A stretch of 64,000 nt of DNA from Haliotis rufescens (GCF_023055435.1 NW_025964223.1:23622001-23686000), one strand, 5' to 3'. Positions 1-13,378 are shown, numbered from the stretch's first letter. Translations and numbers: made by a program. The notes: a model not told the origin generated them from the sequence alone.

Positions 1-1879
1 TCAGTTTTATTTCAACAAAAACGGAAAAAAATCCTACTTTTTTTGTGGATACTATAACAATAAATCAAACCAATAGATCGCTTGAGCTAGCATGAATATC
101 AAAAATATTTAGCAAGTCGATAGTCATAATTCCCACTGTTGGTCCAAAGTAAAATGTTCTTCACTTATGATATTTGTGTATGCCATTGCTACATGATTGG
201 CTATGACACGGATACGTCATGATAAAGCAATGAGAAATTGATATTTGATGATATAAGATAGCTACGCAAAAATCGCAAAGAACAAAGAATGAGGCGATAT
301 TTATTTCACGATAAAACATTGTTCTATCATGACGTCATTTATGGAGATTTGAACATGCACTTGCAACTTGAAAACGTCGTAAATTTGACCTTATTTTTGA
401 AAGGTATGTGTCTAATGTGTTGTTTCCAATAGATGTAGCTGGGGAAGGTAGATAAAGGCAGTGCCCGAACAATCGCATCCGAAAGTGAGAGCGAAATGTC
501 AATTGGTAATGGGAGAAAAGGTACAGATAATCGACGAGAAAATTGTGAGAATGTGACCAAAGACCAAAAGAAAGACCAAATTCAAACCCTCCTGTTCATA
601 AAATGGATTTATCTGGCATGGCCGCGGTCGGATTATATTCAAGGAGTCATCATTATTTAAGTACGGGAAAATATTTTAAAACGTGTACTTTTTCCTAATT
701 TAACACCCTTAAAAGAGGCTGTAAATAATGTGGATATCTCATATAGAAATAAACGAGTCGTGGTCGTTGCTTATCGTACAATAAAAAACTCCCACTCGTT
801 GATTGTTTCTTAATTATATGACCATATACACTAACATTATATCTTTTCATGTTTATCAGTCAACAAAAGCGACATAAGCCTTTCCATTTTCACAAGAAAC
901 CCTTGCCAAAAGTAGCGCCAACTGCACGATTACGACAAGACCAGGAGCATGTTTCATGATTCACCATAAAAATGATGACACTGGGTGCTCGCAAAAACGC
1001 GAGCTCATTCCGATCCACTAATGGCACCCGCAAAGGCAAGCAAATTGTTCACCCGAAAAGGCAGAGAATTGCATCAGACATCATTTTGGTCATTGATACG
1101 TCAAACCTGGAAATGTTGTCTACACGTCCAACACAAAGCCCAAGCAAGGACCCTAATCCTTTAAACCCGCCCAAAGTTCTGTTAATTACATAGTTTTTCC
1201 ATTTTCCCCTAACCTTAAGTAATATACACTAGTTCTGAAGTAAATCGTATTTACCCGTATGAATCGTCTTATGTACTTTATTGCCGATAAACAGAATATG
1301 CACACTTTCTGAAAGTAATGTGTGATAAGTCACTCACCAAACCTATACTCTCGATATACATGCTGCGCTTACTTAAAAAAACTATTGGGTTAACAAGATA
1401 CGTATATTAAAGAGCCATGCTTTCCTGATGTGTTATCATTCTAATTTGAAATAATGACATTAATAGTTACCACTCATTTTTCAATATTTTTCAAGGTTGG
1501 GTTATCACGAACATATTTGAATATATACAACAGCTGTACTTGCTTATCTTTATACTTAAAAGCATCAGGTTTGTCTGTCATACAGACCCCGAAACAAATA
1601 TGTCCAATACAGCCCAATATTTGGCAAAATGAAGAAGGTCTCTCGGCTCCTTTATATTATATTTTATAACTATTGTTTAATAACTGTTTTTTCTGTCAAA
1701 TATGTTCCTTTCAGAGATTAGATGTTATTCTAGCATCAGGTCTGTGGTACGTTCACTACATCAGCGTTGACATTAAAACGATATTTACATATATAAATAC
1801 ATAACATACAGAGGAAATGCTTAGCATTTAGCTTTTAAGGAAGAGTGCAGGACGACTTCTTTTATACATATATATATGG

Positions 1880-2560
1880 ACATATTTCAGCCATAATGTG
1901 AAATTACTTGAACGAGTTGGACAATATTAATAAAAAACTGTCGACGAAGGACAGTATAATAACTAGCAATATATCACAGATTGACTTAAAACTAGTTGTA
2001 GAACATTAAAACTATTTAATCAGTTGGATAGGACACAATATAAAAATGGGGCTATAGATCACCAGCAACAAGGTTAAGGTCACCATACTAGGAACCAAGG
2101 GGACTTACGTTACCTCTGCCACCTGCATGGTTCCCCAGCAGGATTTACACCTTTACCCAAGTTACTGGTGATTGTTGCGAGTTTAGCCAGAGATTAAAAT
2201 CAACAAATATTCTGCAGTTAAAATAGAGGTAGATATAAATATACTTTGAAAGAGGTGGTCTTACATACCATCTCAGGGGGACAATAATTTTATGCTACTT
2301 CAACCCCCGTCGAGGGCATAGCCACGAACAATCTCTGTTAATAATCATACACTACCGATTCATAAAATACATATCAAAATTTGAGAACTAGTTCAATATC
2401 TTTTAAAAAGTTAAGGATTAAATATGAATTAACATTGTTAAAAAGGTCCTTAACTGTTTTGACACTGAAATATTGATCCCTTGTGATGGGAAAATCGATA
2501 CAGTCAAGCAGGACATGCTTGACTGTGATTCTTTTTGACCATATATGTATGGACATTTGG
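1880..2560 (-). mobile_element. 3' end of an I/Nimb-clade LINE (ORF2 C-terminus plus 3' UTR)
   Basis: Minus ORF 2374..2556 ITVKHVLLDCIDF...KTVKDLFNNV...LNFLKDIEL is typical of the I-group ORF2 C-terminus. UTR ends near CACATTATGGCTGAAATAT, similar to the local SINE tail. Confidence 0.7.
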
Positions 2561-3139
2561 ATGAATATAGATATACCTCCTTATAGATAGTGTTCGTAGA
2601 TGATTGTAGAACGTGCATGAAGAAAATGAAATAACGTTTAACAATATTCAGCCATATTGCGATATTTGTTTCCAACATACAAGACGGACCATGAAATTAT
2701 GACTTGAATTTGGAACTGGCTTTCTGGTGTGATGTAACACCCCATAATCTCCTGTAGAAAAAGAGCTTAAAGCACGAATAAAGATCACGAGATGATACTG
2801 ATGTACATACATCTGGATATATATTTGCGTCATTAGTCATTAGTTTTGTTGTTCAAGAAAAGAAGACTAATTGCAGTATTCGTTTCGCGTGATTGCAGAG
2901 GCTAGGTACAGTGATGAAATTATGTGGACTGAGGCGGTGAAAATGGTTTCAACGGATGTATTATCTGTTAAAAGATTTAAATGGCATCAATATGAATTGA
3001 TGTTTAGTCGCGGGAGCAAGGTCTTGCCTCGGCTATGGCGTGACAAAAAAGTCTTAGAAAATATAAGTATTTAGCATATAACTTTAAATATATCTGGCGA
3101 CACATGTATTTATTGAGTTAGATCTTCAAGCCCTGGCAT

Positions 3140-4890
3140 CATGGTCCGCCAAATTCTCGACGCAGTAGTCCCCAGTATCAACCCTGAAGATGTGGCCCGT
3201 TTGGAGAAGAAGCTTAACAGGATGAGGATCCAGTTGCACGAACAACAGCAATTCTTGGCTAATCGGCCTTCAAAACCACTGGACGCGATCTAACCATCGA
3301 GCAGGGCAAGCCAATGAAGACTGGAGATGTTATTCTGGAAAACAAACGGCTGCTCGATGTAAGGTGTAGGTTGGATACCAGGAAACAAAGTGAAGAGGAA
3401 CGTGCTCTTCTCCACTCTCAGCATCTCGGAGCGAGAGCCAGACAAGGGATTTTAGCTAAGGAAACGACTGTAAAGTAATCACCGACAGAAGTCGTCGAGG
3501 TGCTACGGAAAGTAGTTTGAGGTGGCAGCGATTTGCCAACAGCCCACCATCATTTCTATTCTCACTGGCAAAAGGCTTGACAAGACCTCATCACCCTCTC
3601 GCTGGACCTAATCAACTTATTCGCCACATCCATCCTTCTCCAGCCAAAGGAAAAGTGCTTGAAGAGCCAGTTTGCCGAGGAAGCAGTTAACGACACAATC
3701 AAAAAAGGAATATGACGTCTAACCAGAGACAGCCTGACACTGAGTTCCGGGATCTGCTAGACAGTAGGATGGAATGGAGTGGGTCCATTACTTCTGCGGC
3801 GAAGTACAAAGATCCAATGGAAGAAACATCATGTGAAGATGGATGCCATCATGAGGCGTCAAGCAGAGATGATTGACAAGCAGCAGCAGAAGATCAATAA
3901 CCTAATGAGGAACAACAGTCCACGGGGAGGCACGTGCTGGACATGTGGACAGCAAAGCCTCGTGCACCACAACTTCAGTGTAAGGAACAACCAGGCATCA
4001 AACTAAACGATCCTGCCGTGGAGGACCCCACGGTGGGAGTGGAACAAGTCCATACGCATGATATCAACCACTGGATTGTCTGGTCCAGCCTCGATTATTT
4101 ACATAGACCGCCGTGATATATCAGGAACATTGCTAAGTGCGGCATTAAACAACAAACAAACCTACAAACCTATCATCATCCCTGGGACATCCCTCCAGGC
4201 GGTAGAATGCCGAGTCAAATACCTTATACAGCCTAAAACTTATTCAGACCTTATCATAGGAAAATCTGTAGTAACTGTGGATCACACTAATTTTGTCACC
4301 TTACCAGTCGGATTAGAAAAGGTCTTCAGCAACCCATGCTAGTCGTGAGAGGCAACTGTGCTTGCCGTAAGAGCTGACTAACGGGATCGTGTGATCAGGC
4401 TCGCTGACTTGTTGATGCATGTGATCGTATCCCTATTGCTTGGGTCGATGTTCATGATATCAATTACTGGATTGTCTGGTCCAGCATCGATTATTTACAT
4501 AGACCGCCGCCATATAGCTGGAATACTGTTGAGGGTGGCGTTGTTAAACAACAAACAAACTTCAGCGACGCAGATATGTTCCTCCAAGGAGGCCTTGTGA
4601 GTGAGGCCAATGTCGCACCAACTTGGTGGAGGTCATCTGTGGAGAAATCCTAATCACCGAAGACAGTCCATCTGAACTGAACGTAAAGCTTGTTGACAAT
4701 CTATTACAGAGAACCGTGTCAAAAGCACCTTGCCATCATACTGCCAACGGAAGCTTCAAGAACTCCCACATTGAGCAAAGATGACGATATTTGGTTCTGT
4801 GATTCCATAAAACATCGGATCGTTCCTACAGTTGATGCCCCTATTCGAATCTCTAACATACGAATATACCCCCTGTCACTGGGTGGTTAT
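3140..4890 (+). mobile_element. Decayed Gypsy-like LTR retrotransposon gag-pol remnant, interrupted by family B copies
   Basis: Degenerate zinc knuckle GTCWTCGQ (about 3930); pre-RT motif DDDIWFCDSIKHRI...DAPIR (4770-4870); many stops and frameshifts. Confidence 0.65.
4054..4560 (+). mobile_element. Two partial or degenerate family B retroposon copies (4054-4160, about 4300-4560)
   Basis: Match CTGGATTGTCTGGTCCAG and GGTCTTCAGCAACCCATGC blocks; AAAC tail. Confidence 0.85.
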
Positions 4891-4898
4891 TGTGCTTG

Positions 4899-6555
4899 TG
4901 TCACGGTCCAGTGAGCTCACTGCTCCCCGGCTTTATTTCCGACACCCCTCGGCAAAGTCCGGCGGCCGTCGTTGTACCCGTGTCATTACATTCTGTGTTA
5001 AGGAAGTAGTGGCCTGACTATATCATTCTCTTGTGATTTAATGGCACATTCTTACCATGTATTCACTTGATATATGTTATCTTTTATATGTTCGCTACCT
5101 TATTCTTTGTTTGAACATTTTTTGTAACATTAGGGGAATTTGTATGTACACTCAGATAATTCTCATGTAATAATGATAATTGTTGTTTCATCAATAATTG
5201 TACTTAACTTGTTGCAAATATCTAATGATACCGTTGGATAGCTTGTGTTCAACACTTTTTTTTGATACTTACATCTTCAATATGGATGTAGGGATTAGTT
5301 GGCTATTCGTGTTTTCCTGTGTTTAGAAACACACGTTGACTAAGCGCCTCATAGTTAGACTATTGCATTCCCGGCTGTCCAGGATAGATTGTTTCTCTCT
5401 GAGGCCCGCGCGCAGTATAGTATGTACTTCTGTCAGACCTTGCTTTTATGTCTTTACCCACCAGGTGTCCTTTGGCCGTTCGTACGGGTAGTTGTGCTTC
5501 GGGATGGTCACGCTCGAAACTCGGGTTTCGTAAGTAAGTGGGTACGGGACACCTTTGTACGTCTACTGACTTACTCTGTTGTATCGAGCTACACTTAGTA
5601 GCTAGGGTTTGTGTAGCTAGGGTCTAGTTATCCGTGGATAACCAACATCCCGTGATTGTCTAGCTACTTTGTGACCAGAAGTTCCAATACTCAGTTTTAA
5701 TAGTAATACGTGGATTGTCTAGCTCTTTGGTAATTATATTATTTCCTTGCTCAAAGTGACCGTGTCGATTCGACCAGTTTGATATTCAGACATACTCGTC
5801 TATTTTATAGTCCAAGTGTCATATGTGTGTTTATTGCACGTTATTTAACCCATTTATTTATTTTTTCACTTATTATTGTGTTGAGTTAATTGACCCAGGT
5901 GTTAATTGGTCGGTATCTTGTCAAAGTGTTGTTTTAGCTGCTCTCGTTTTATTTCTGTCATACAGTTACTTAGCTTAGCTTAGCCACTTGTGTATTTGCT
6001 CTGCTTTAATTAATCAGTGATCTTTGTCAGCGCAGGTTGGGTTAATGTGATCCCTTTATTGTCATCTATAATACAATAAGCTGTAATTAATAAACCTGTG
6101 AACCTATTAACCACGTTTTCACGATTATTATATAGTTATACCAAGGTTCTGTCCGTCCGTCCGAAAACTTTGTCCGCGCGATTTCTCTTAAACTTATTAG
6201 TGGATTCATCTCAAACTTAGTACATATAATCTGTGTCATATCGAGGGGTGCAGTCAAAACAAAAAAAATGTTTTTATTAATTTTCCATTTCTTTATGAAT
6301 TTTTCAAACCCTTACCCTATCCTAGCTATTTAATTTGAAACTACTGACACCCTAGGCGGGTCGGGGGTATTAGCGAGCCACGCTCACTTTTTCTCTTGTT
6401 TTATTCTTGTTTAATGATACCCCTGATCATTGGAGCACAGCTCCCGGTTAGATGAAATGTTATCGTGATTGTTAAGTTATGTCATAAGGCAGTTTGGGTT
6501 GTATACCCCTTATGGAGATGAGAAAGAAATTCGAGTAGACGCTGATACTGTGACC
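4899..6555 (+). mobile_element. Possible solo LTR
   Basis: Starts TGTCACGG, ends CTGTGAC(C); T-rich non-coding body with AATAAA near 6090; no TSD found. Confidence 0.3.
6125..6400 (+). mobile_element. Helentron/HINE (DINE-1-like) non-autonomous element
   Basis: TTATACC start, GTCC microrepeat, GGGGTAT subterminal repeat followed by a GAGC-CAC-GCTC hairpin and T-rich end. Confidence 0.5.
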
Positions 6556-7050
6556 GGGTTAAGAATGTAGATCTTTATGGCGTGGATTTGACACAGTCCA
6601 CGTGTACACCTTATTATTGGGTACAAAGTGTGAAGGCCGCTTGAAATTCATAATTATTTTGCTTTCCTTAAAAACAGTCGCTGTCACTGACAACGCTGTA
6701 TAGATCTTGATACCGCTTTTCGACTTGCATTTACTGTTGCCACACTGGATAACACGCGAAGTGTTCTTGAACATCCTTCGATCGAAACTTTAACACTTTC
6801 AACTTTGACAGCTGTTTCCAACATTCATAAACCCGAGAACGCGTATTTGATTGATATCCGCAGAAGGGTGGTGAAGTAGACGTCGTTAAACACAGATGAC
6901 ATTCATCGTAAAGTGGAAAATCCCATAATCTATAAACTGTCGCATCCTGTAGTATTTCATGTCCCTAGGCTTGTTATATTTAGACGTCTACGCGTATATA
7001 ACAGTCATCACGTCTGAGCCCTGGTGTTAGTAGAGAGTTGAGGTTAATAA

Positions 7051-7201
7051 GTAAGTGAGTGAGTGAGTATGGTTAAACGCCGCTTTTAGCAATATTCCAG
7101 CAATATCACGGCGGGGGACACCAGAAATGGGCTCCAAACATTGTACCCATGTCGGGAATCGAACCCGGGTCTTCGACGTGACATGGCTACCCGACCGCCC
7201 C
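7051..7201 (-). mobile_element. SINE family A (tRNA-Asp-like head), inserted in the tail of a family C SINE
   Basis: Matches 44569 copy with an internal deletion; TSD TGAGGTTAATAA at 7039-7050 and 7205-7216. Confidence 0.9.
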
Positions 7202-7212
7202 AGGTGAGGTTA

Positions 7213-7576
7213 ATAACGTCGCGTTCAAGATGATTGCACTTATATAACGACGTGCATGCACGTGTGTGTATGGGTGCGTGCGTGCATGCGTGCGTGTGTG
7301 TGTGTGCGTGCGTATACTAAACCGGACCGATGCAGTTTTTATAGTGCTAGCCCACTGAGATACCATACCACAGTTTGAACATGAATACCCCATCCAGATA
7401 CAGTATACTGACCCCGAGCCGACCGGTCCTTGTTTTAGCCTCTTAATGGCGCTTTTCCGCCAGGCAGGGTAACAACAAGTACCATCTTTATCACATCTTT
7501 CGTATGACGCGGCCGGGATCGAACTCCTGACCTTCCGCACTCCGGGAGACGCTCTATCACGAGGCCACGAAGTGGT
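7213..7576 (-). mobile_element. SINE family C (tRNA head, Meta/MESC-like central domain, internal CA microsatellite)
   Basis: Minus strand A box GTGGCCTCGTGATAG, B box GTTCGATCCC, then GTCATACGAAAGA...ATGGTACTTGTTG...CCTGCCTGGCG; paralogue at 24735. Confidence 0.85.
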
Positions 7577-8464
7577 TAATTAACTATACATGACTTTGTA
7601 GTTCTTTGTTCGGTGTTCACATTGATCTCAGCAATATCGCAGCTACATGGTGGCGGTGTGTTTTTAATCGAGTCTGGACCAGACATTCAAATGATCGATA
7701 TTTTGAGCAACGACCCACGATCCACAAAGTGTGGCCTCACAATGTGAGGGAGGTTGTTGGAGGTCCCGCCTTGTTAATGTTACTACCAAACCTACTCCAG
7801 GGGGCATATTCTTTCTGGGAACCTCACAGGAACACGCTTATGGTTGGGAATACTGTCTTTAGGGCTGGGGTGGTGGGGTTCCCTATTTTTAAGGCGTTGG
7901 CTAGTTACGCCGAATATCATGGTTCGATGCTCACAAAGTGTATAATATGCGAAAGGCATTTCTGGTGATTTCCCGTTGTAGTATTGCTGTAAATACTTCC
8001 AATTTGGCGTAAAACCACACTCACTCACTCTCAAGGAGCATGACATGGCTTACATATATGGTAGGGAACCTTTAAGGCGTCTTCTGAACATAGAAATTTC
8101 TTGCGTTATATTGTATACAGTTTACCTGTACTGAACACACGGTGCAGGTTATGCGCTGTCTTGCGCTGATTGGACATATGCCTAATGAGTGGAACGCAGT
8201 GGTGGAAAGACACTGCTTGGAATTCGATTCTACAATACTTTTGTCCTGTGGACAATAGACGAAAGCCTTGATAACAAAGATAAGTGATGATGATGAACAT
8301 CATATGCACGAACGTTTATGTTTGTAAAACGTAACACCAAACGACATCCTATAGTTTGTACCTGCATCGTGCAGTAGCGCCACACACGTGCGTAGGGTGT
8401 CATTCCTGATTTGGATCTCTTTTGGCCGTTTTTTCTGTCAATCTTATTGATTCTGCTTATCATA

Positions 8465-9115
8465 CAGTTGTGATTTACTTGATATCATTCATCGTTTGTG
8501 TTTGAACTAGTGATACGGTGTCTGCAACACGCAGAGCGTCTACGAGTTTTTAGTATGCTGTGTTTAGACGTCTATGGAACTGGTAACCACAAACCCATAA
8601 TGTTGACGATCGCCCCGTTCAGGGCGTCCCAGGTCAACGACAAGAGTACAGGATCGATTGATTCAAACTCAGGCTCTACAAAATAGAGCTCAAACGGCGA
8701 ATCAATTTGCTGCAAACTTTCATTAGGCTACTGGAGTTATGGGTCAGACGATTGTACATCGTCTACATGCAACTCATCACCGTGCTCGACGGCCGCCGAG
8801 TTGTGCCGCCCCTTACAAATCGTGATATTGCCAATTGATGTCACTGGTGTACACAACGTCGAGTAATTACGTGTCATCTTTTCAGATTCACTTTGCACTT
8901 CCTTGATAGGCGTGGTCGAAATGAACGTCAAGCCAATGTCATCCTGGATCCTGATTCCCCCACTGAACACGCCTGGGCATGATAGTCTGAATTGGCCAGC
9001 GTTGCAAGAGGAGTGGGCCAGACTCCCTCATATCGCCATTAGGAGACTCATACGCAATAAGCCTCATCGAGTGAAAGAAAGTTTGACAAATCGGGGCAGT
9101 ACCACGCACTACTGA
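8465..9115 (+). mobile_element. Tc1-like transposon remnant
   Basis: TA-CAGT start; frameshifted VDDRP-RSGRPR motif near 8602; C-terminus LQEEWARLP...IRRLIR...RGSTTHY*. Confidence 0.8.
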
Positions 9116-9383
9116 TCGAACAACGTCAACTTTGAAATTTGTAACTCGCTGTTGTTCGCCTGCAAGGCTGCGTCCCTCAAGTGTTCCCGGAGACAACATG
9201 TATATCTTTTAACATAATGTTTGGAAGAAGAACATTAACATACATAAAATGCCTATATGAACACATTATACTTGTACATACACATAAATACAAAAAATAC
9301 AAAAGCACAAATACACAAGAAAGTCTACATAAATAATTACACATACACATGTATATAGATACATATAAACACATACTTTATAT

Positions 9384-9749
9384 NNNNNNNNNNNNNNNNN
9401 NNNNNNNNNNNNNNNNNNNNNNNNNNNNNNNNNNNNNNNNNNNNNNNNNNNNNNNNNNNNNNNNNNNNNNNNNNNNNNNNNNNNNNNNNNNNNNNNNNNN
9501 NNNNNNNNNNNNNNNNNNNNNNNNNNNNNTATATNNNNNNNNNNNNNNNNNNNNNNNNNNNNNNNNNNNNNNNNNNNNNNNNNNNNNNNNNNNNNNNNNN
9601 NNNNNNNNNNNNNNNNNNNNNNNNNNNNNNNNNNNNNNNNNNNNNNNNNNNNNNNNNNNNNNNNNNNNNNNNNNNNNNNNNNNNNNNNNNNNNNNNNNNN
9701 NNNNNNNNNNNNNNNNNNNNNNNNNNNNNNNNNNNNNNNNNNNNNNNNN
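9384..9749. other. Assembly gap or masked Ns within AT/CA low-complexity sequence
   Basis: N runs with a 5-nt TATAT island. Confidence 0.99.
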
Positions 9750-10389
9750 TGTGTTTGGGGATGGTAAATATCCTACATTAGGAATAAACATTGTATTTAG
9801 CGAGCCATGGCGAGCTAAATACATAGTGTTTATTCTTATACAACATATTTATTTAAAACTTATAAAATGCCTTAGCTACGTCACAGTTAGACACGGCTTT
9901 TCAGTATGTTAGACTGTCCTTTTGATAATGATAGTAATTATCCCTGTAGTTTATCCAGGTTCCCGATGGTTAATTCGTCACCGAATGACGAGGGCGACGC
10001 CATGTTTGTTTGTTTATAAACAGTGAAAGTAGTCCCTACTTGACCTTTGACATTTGCATCTCTATCCGCATATGACCCCAACGGATATCGTTTTTATCCG
10101 TTGGCTTTATCCTGCCGAGAAACCTACCCATTATATGATAAATACACATACATACACACATACACAAACATATACAGACATACACATACTCGTATATATT
10201 ATGCTTACAGACAGAGGCAGACATACGACTATATTCATATCAATGCATGCAGTTTAATGACTAATGTCGTAATTAATAGGAAGTGGTCGCAGAGCGATAT
10301 TATAGGTTTACCCCCACTGTGCCCACTTTTGAATTTGGATCTTTTAACAACAAATGGTTAAGGGATTAGGCCGCATCACTATCAGGGTC

Positions 10390-10500
10390 CGGGTTCGATT
10401 CCCGACATGGGTACAATGTGTGAAGCCCATTTCTGGTATCCCCCGCCGTGATATTGCTGGAATATTGCTAAAAGCGGCGTAAAACCATACTCACTCACTC
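10390..10500 (+). mobile_element. SINE family A, 5'-truncated
   Basis: Perfect TSD ACTATCAGGGTC at 10378-10389 and 10501-10512. Confidence 0.93.
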
Positions 10501-11180
10501 ACTATCAGGGTCGCAGTGCCCACTATGCCACAGTGCATGTATAGACCCATGAATATACTAGTATATTGAAATAAGCATACACAAGAATCTAAATAATGAT
10601 TTATTATTGGCAAAATAAAAACATATTGTACAACAATCCAAGCACAATTATGTGTACAAAACCATTCTACATGTACAATTATGTGTACAAAATCATGATA
10701 CATATACATGTTGTTTCCTTAATTTCATGATATGCACAGAATCAGCAAACTGTTGAATGGTCTTGGTGCCATTCTGCAGGTGGTGCTTCTCTATCTGCAG
10801 TCATCAAGTTTTCTGTACTTTCGATTTCTTGGACGAATTTTCCGACCCAACTTCTGCACATTTCGCCAAATGCACTGTCCAAAGTGGAAATAACAGCCCT
10901 TGCATCGTCAGCAACGTGGTTATGGATGTTCTTATAAGCTGTGATCACGCCGTTGTAGGTGTTGAGTGTGGCGTGACAGGTTTTCCTACAGCATCGCCAG
11001 TAGGAATGTAACTTAATGCTACTTGTGCGTTTGCCATGACTGCACTGCCAAATTAGGGGATTCATCACGTATATATATATATGTAACTGGTTGACACCAA
11101 TAACTCATAACTAAATATTTTCAATCAAATCAATTATGGAAGCAAATTTCATATAATTATAAATTAGTGAACAAATTTCA

Positions 11181-11905
11181 CAGACAGACATAAAGACAGT
11201 TTATTATAGTCTCACCTCATTACAATGATTTATACATACTTTTAAAATACAAAACTTTATATCTCAAATACATATCATATGTAAAAGTATACAAGTATAA
11301 AATGTAACGAGCCACCCTATACAGGGTTACGAGAGACTTTTCATTAAAAGAGCATATTAACATATAAATAAAAGGTACATAAACTACAACGCATATAAAA
11401 GTAAAACCGTGAATTAAGAATAAAGGCAATCATATCTTTTAGGTAAAATGTTACAGCAGGTTTTGGCACTTAAATATATCACATCTTGGGAAGACAGGAT
11501 ATAAAACTGGCTTATCTCGGATCATCGAAATTCTTAAAATCATCTTCAACATCGCAACATTTTCTTAACAGTTCTTATCTTTCGGTTTCATAGTTAGGAC
11601 ATCTTAGTAATACGTGCTCTTCGTCTTCTATACCATCAGCACAAAATGGACATATTCTTTCATCTGGGGGCGTGTTTGTGTAGCGTCCAGTCTCTACTTT
11701 GAGGGGCGCCACCCCACTCCTGAACTTGGCTAAAGCCGACCTGTATCTCCTCGGCATAGGGGTTCGAACATAATACTCCGTTTCGTAACCTTCCTTGAAA
11801 CTGTTGTATGTTCTTAGCTTATTTCCGCCGATTCCTCTCTATCCTTCCCGTTGTGAAACCTCGTTCCTCCAATTTTCTTTAAATTGCTGCACAAATTGCT
11901 GCTTT
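11181..11905 (-). mobile_element. 3' fragment of an RTE-X/L2-like LINE
   Basis: LAKFRSGVAPLKVETGRY...ERICPFC...EDEEHVLLRCPNY zinc-finger tail; AATAAA and TGTC-repeat end. Confidence 0.85.
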
Positions 11906-13246
11906 CACTTATCACCGCAGTGCCCACTGTACAGGTGAGAACATTTTAGATGATACGGTCCCCCACTTAATCCCTAATCCCCCCATTGTCTTCCCCATGT
12001 TGTTTTAGGACCAAAAACCAAAAGTGGGCACAGTGGGGGGACACCGTATTATATACCTATGGCAAAGAGTTGTCCGAATCTATTAGTCGACAAAATGTGT
12101 TTTTGAACGCTGTTGAATATGTGACTAAAAATGAGAATGAATGTCTGACCTCACTGTGTGCGTGGTCGTGCTTTCAGTCACAAGGTTTCCTGGTCCAGAC
12201 TTCTTATTCACAAGCCACTTCATTTACGTCGCTGGAACCATTCATTCATTCACTCACACACACACTTTCAGCACTGAATCCGATGTGTCAACATATTAAC
12301 CTTATTTCAGATGCGATTTTCATCCCAGGTTAAGCTGACCCGTCGATGCTCTTTTTTCAATCGGGTGACACTCCGATATATATAATTGAACCCAATATAT
12401 TGTAAGACACATTCTCCTTTTTATATAGCTCGAATCCCTTTGCCAGATACTTTTCCGATGATGAAACACTGCAAAAAAACAACATACGGTCGTGTACGTG
12501 TGTAACTATTCACATTTTGTCTTCCTGAACAAACTGCTGTAGATACTGTTATTGTTGTCTGTCGTGTTTTCTTTATTGTTTCATAGCCAGATGGTGTGCT
12601 CTCACCAGCTGCCGTAATGGCTTGTCAACCACGTATGAATTGACTGAACAATTGACACCTCAACATGTACTTGTCGTGGCAGTCCTAGCCACACTAAAGA
12701 CACACAACATCCGTCGAAAGGTAGGTAAAACTTCAGCAGAGATCGCTACGTTGGAAGGAAGGAATGTAATTCTATTTTTGCGTACTTATTATAATCAAAC
12801 TTTCATTTTGTTATTTGTTGCGGTTTAAATATGGCGACTTATCTTATATTTACCTCGCTGAATACAAATGGATATTATTCATTGTAAACATAACATCAAA
12901 TCATTAAAATGTATGATAACTTTAAACTTTCTTACCGTGTGTATTGCTGTTGTTTATGCCTAAATACCATTTCGATGAATTGGAACACATTTCCCTTTAT
13001 TAATGTTGGTTATTCAGGTATATCTCCAACAAAACTATTATCAGTCTCTCTACTCTCAAGCTTTTTCAAGTTTTACAAACAAAATCGTTCTCAGGACAAG
13101 TTGGATGTTCTGAAAACCATATTGTGTTGAGGGTTAAAAAAAGGTTGACAAGCGCAAAAACGCGTTTTTACAGAATCGCATTTTATGAAAATACTTTTAT
13201 ATATTCTTCAAATTAAACTTTAGGGCCTCTTGGATAGAAGGAATAT

Positions 13247-13378
13247 CAGTCTTGCTTGACAACGGTATAAGGATCTATACCGAAACGTCGCTTTTTACAG
13301 TATTAAAGAAGTTGTTATCCATAAAATTGTGTCTATCTTGTCATCCGCCAACTTCTAAGTAATGCCTATCAAACAAGT
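13247..13378 (+). mobile_element. Penelope-type terminal-repeat fragment with minimal hammerhead motif
   Basis: 12-bp TSD TAGAAGGAATAT (13235-13246, 13379-13390); TTGACAA-C-GGTATA-AGGATC-TATACC-GAAA-CGTC. Confidence 0.7.
13254..13291 (+). ncRNA. Minimal type I hammerhead ribozyme variant (U3-A8)
   Basis: Core UUGACAA...GAAA...UC; 6-bp stem II; palindromic ACGU minimal stem III; stem I only 2 bp in this copy. Confidence 0.55.

Larger units (their letters stand above)
10305..12045 (-). mobile_element. Non-autonomous FLYWCH-MULE-like DNA transposon carrying nested SINE and LINE
   Basis: TIRs GGTTTACCCCCACTGTGCCCACTTTTG and CAAAAGTGGGCACAGTGGGGGGACACC; 8-bp TSD ATATTATA/GTATTATA (7/8); minus-strand FLYWCH-like remnant YWRCCRKTCHATL...HNH near 10920-11010. 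Confidence 0.72.

Noticed and set aside
6559-6774. Cys-containing minus ORF (CGNSKCKSK)
   Set aside because: No recognisable family or splice context.
9349-9912. Long ORFs on both strands
   Set aside because: Artefacts of the N gap.
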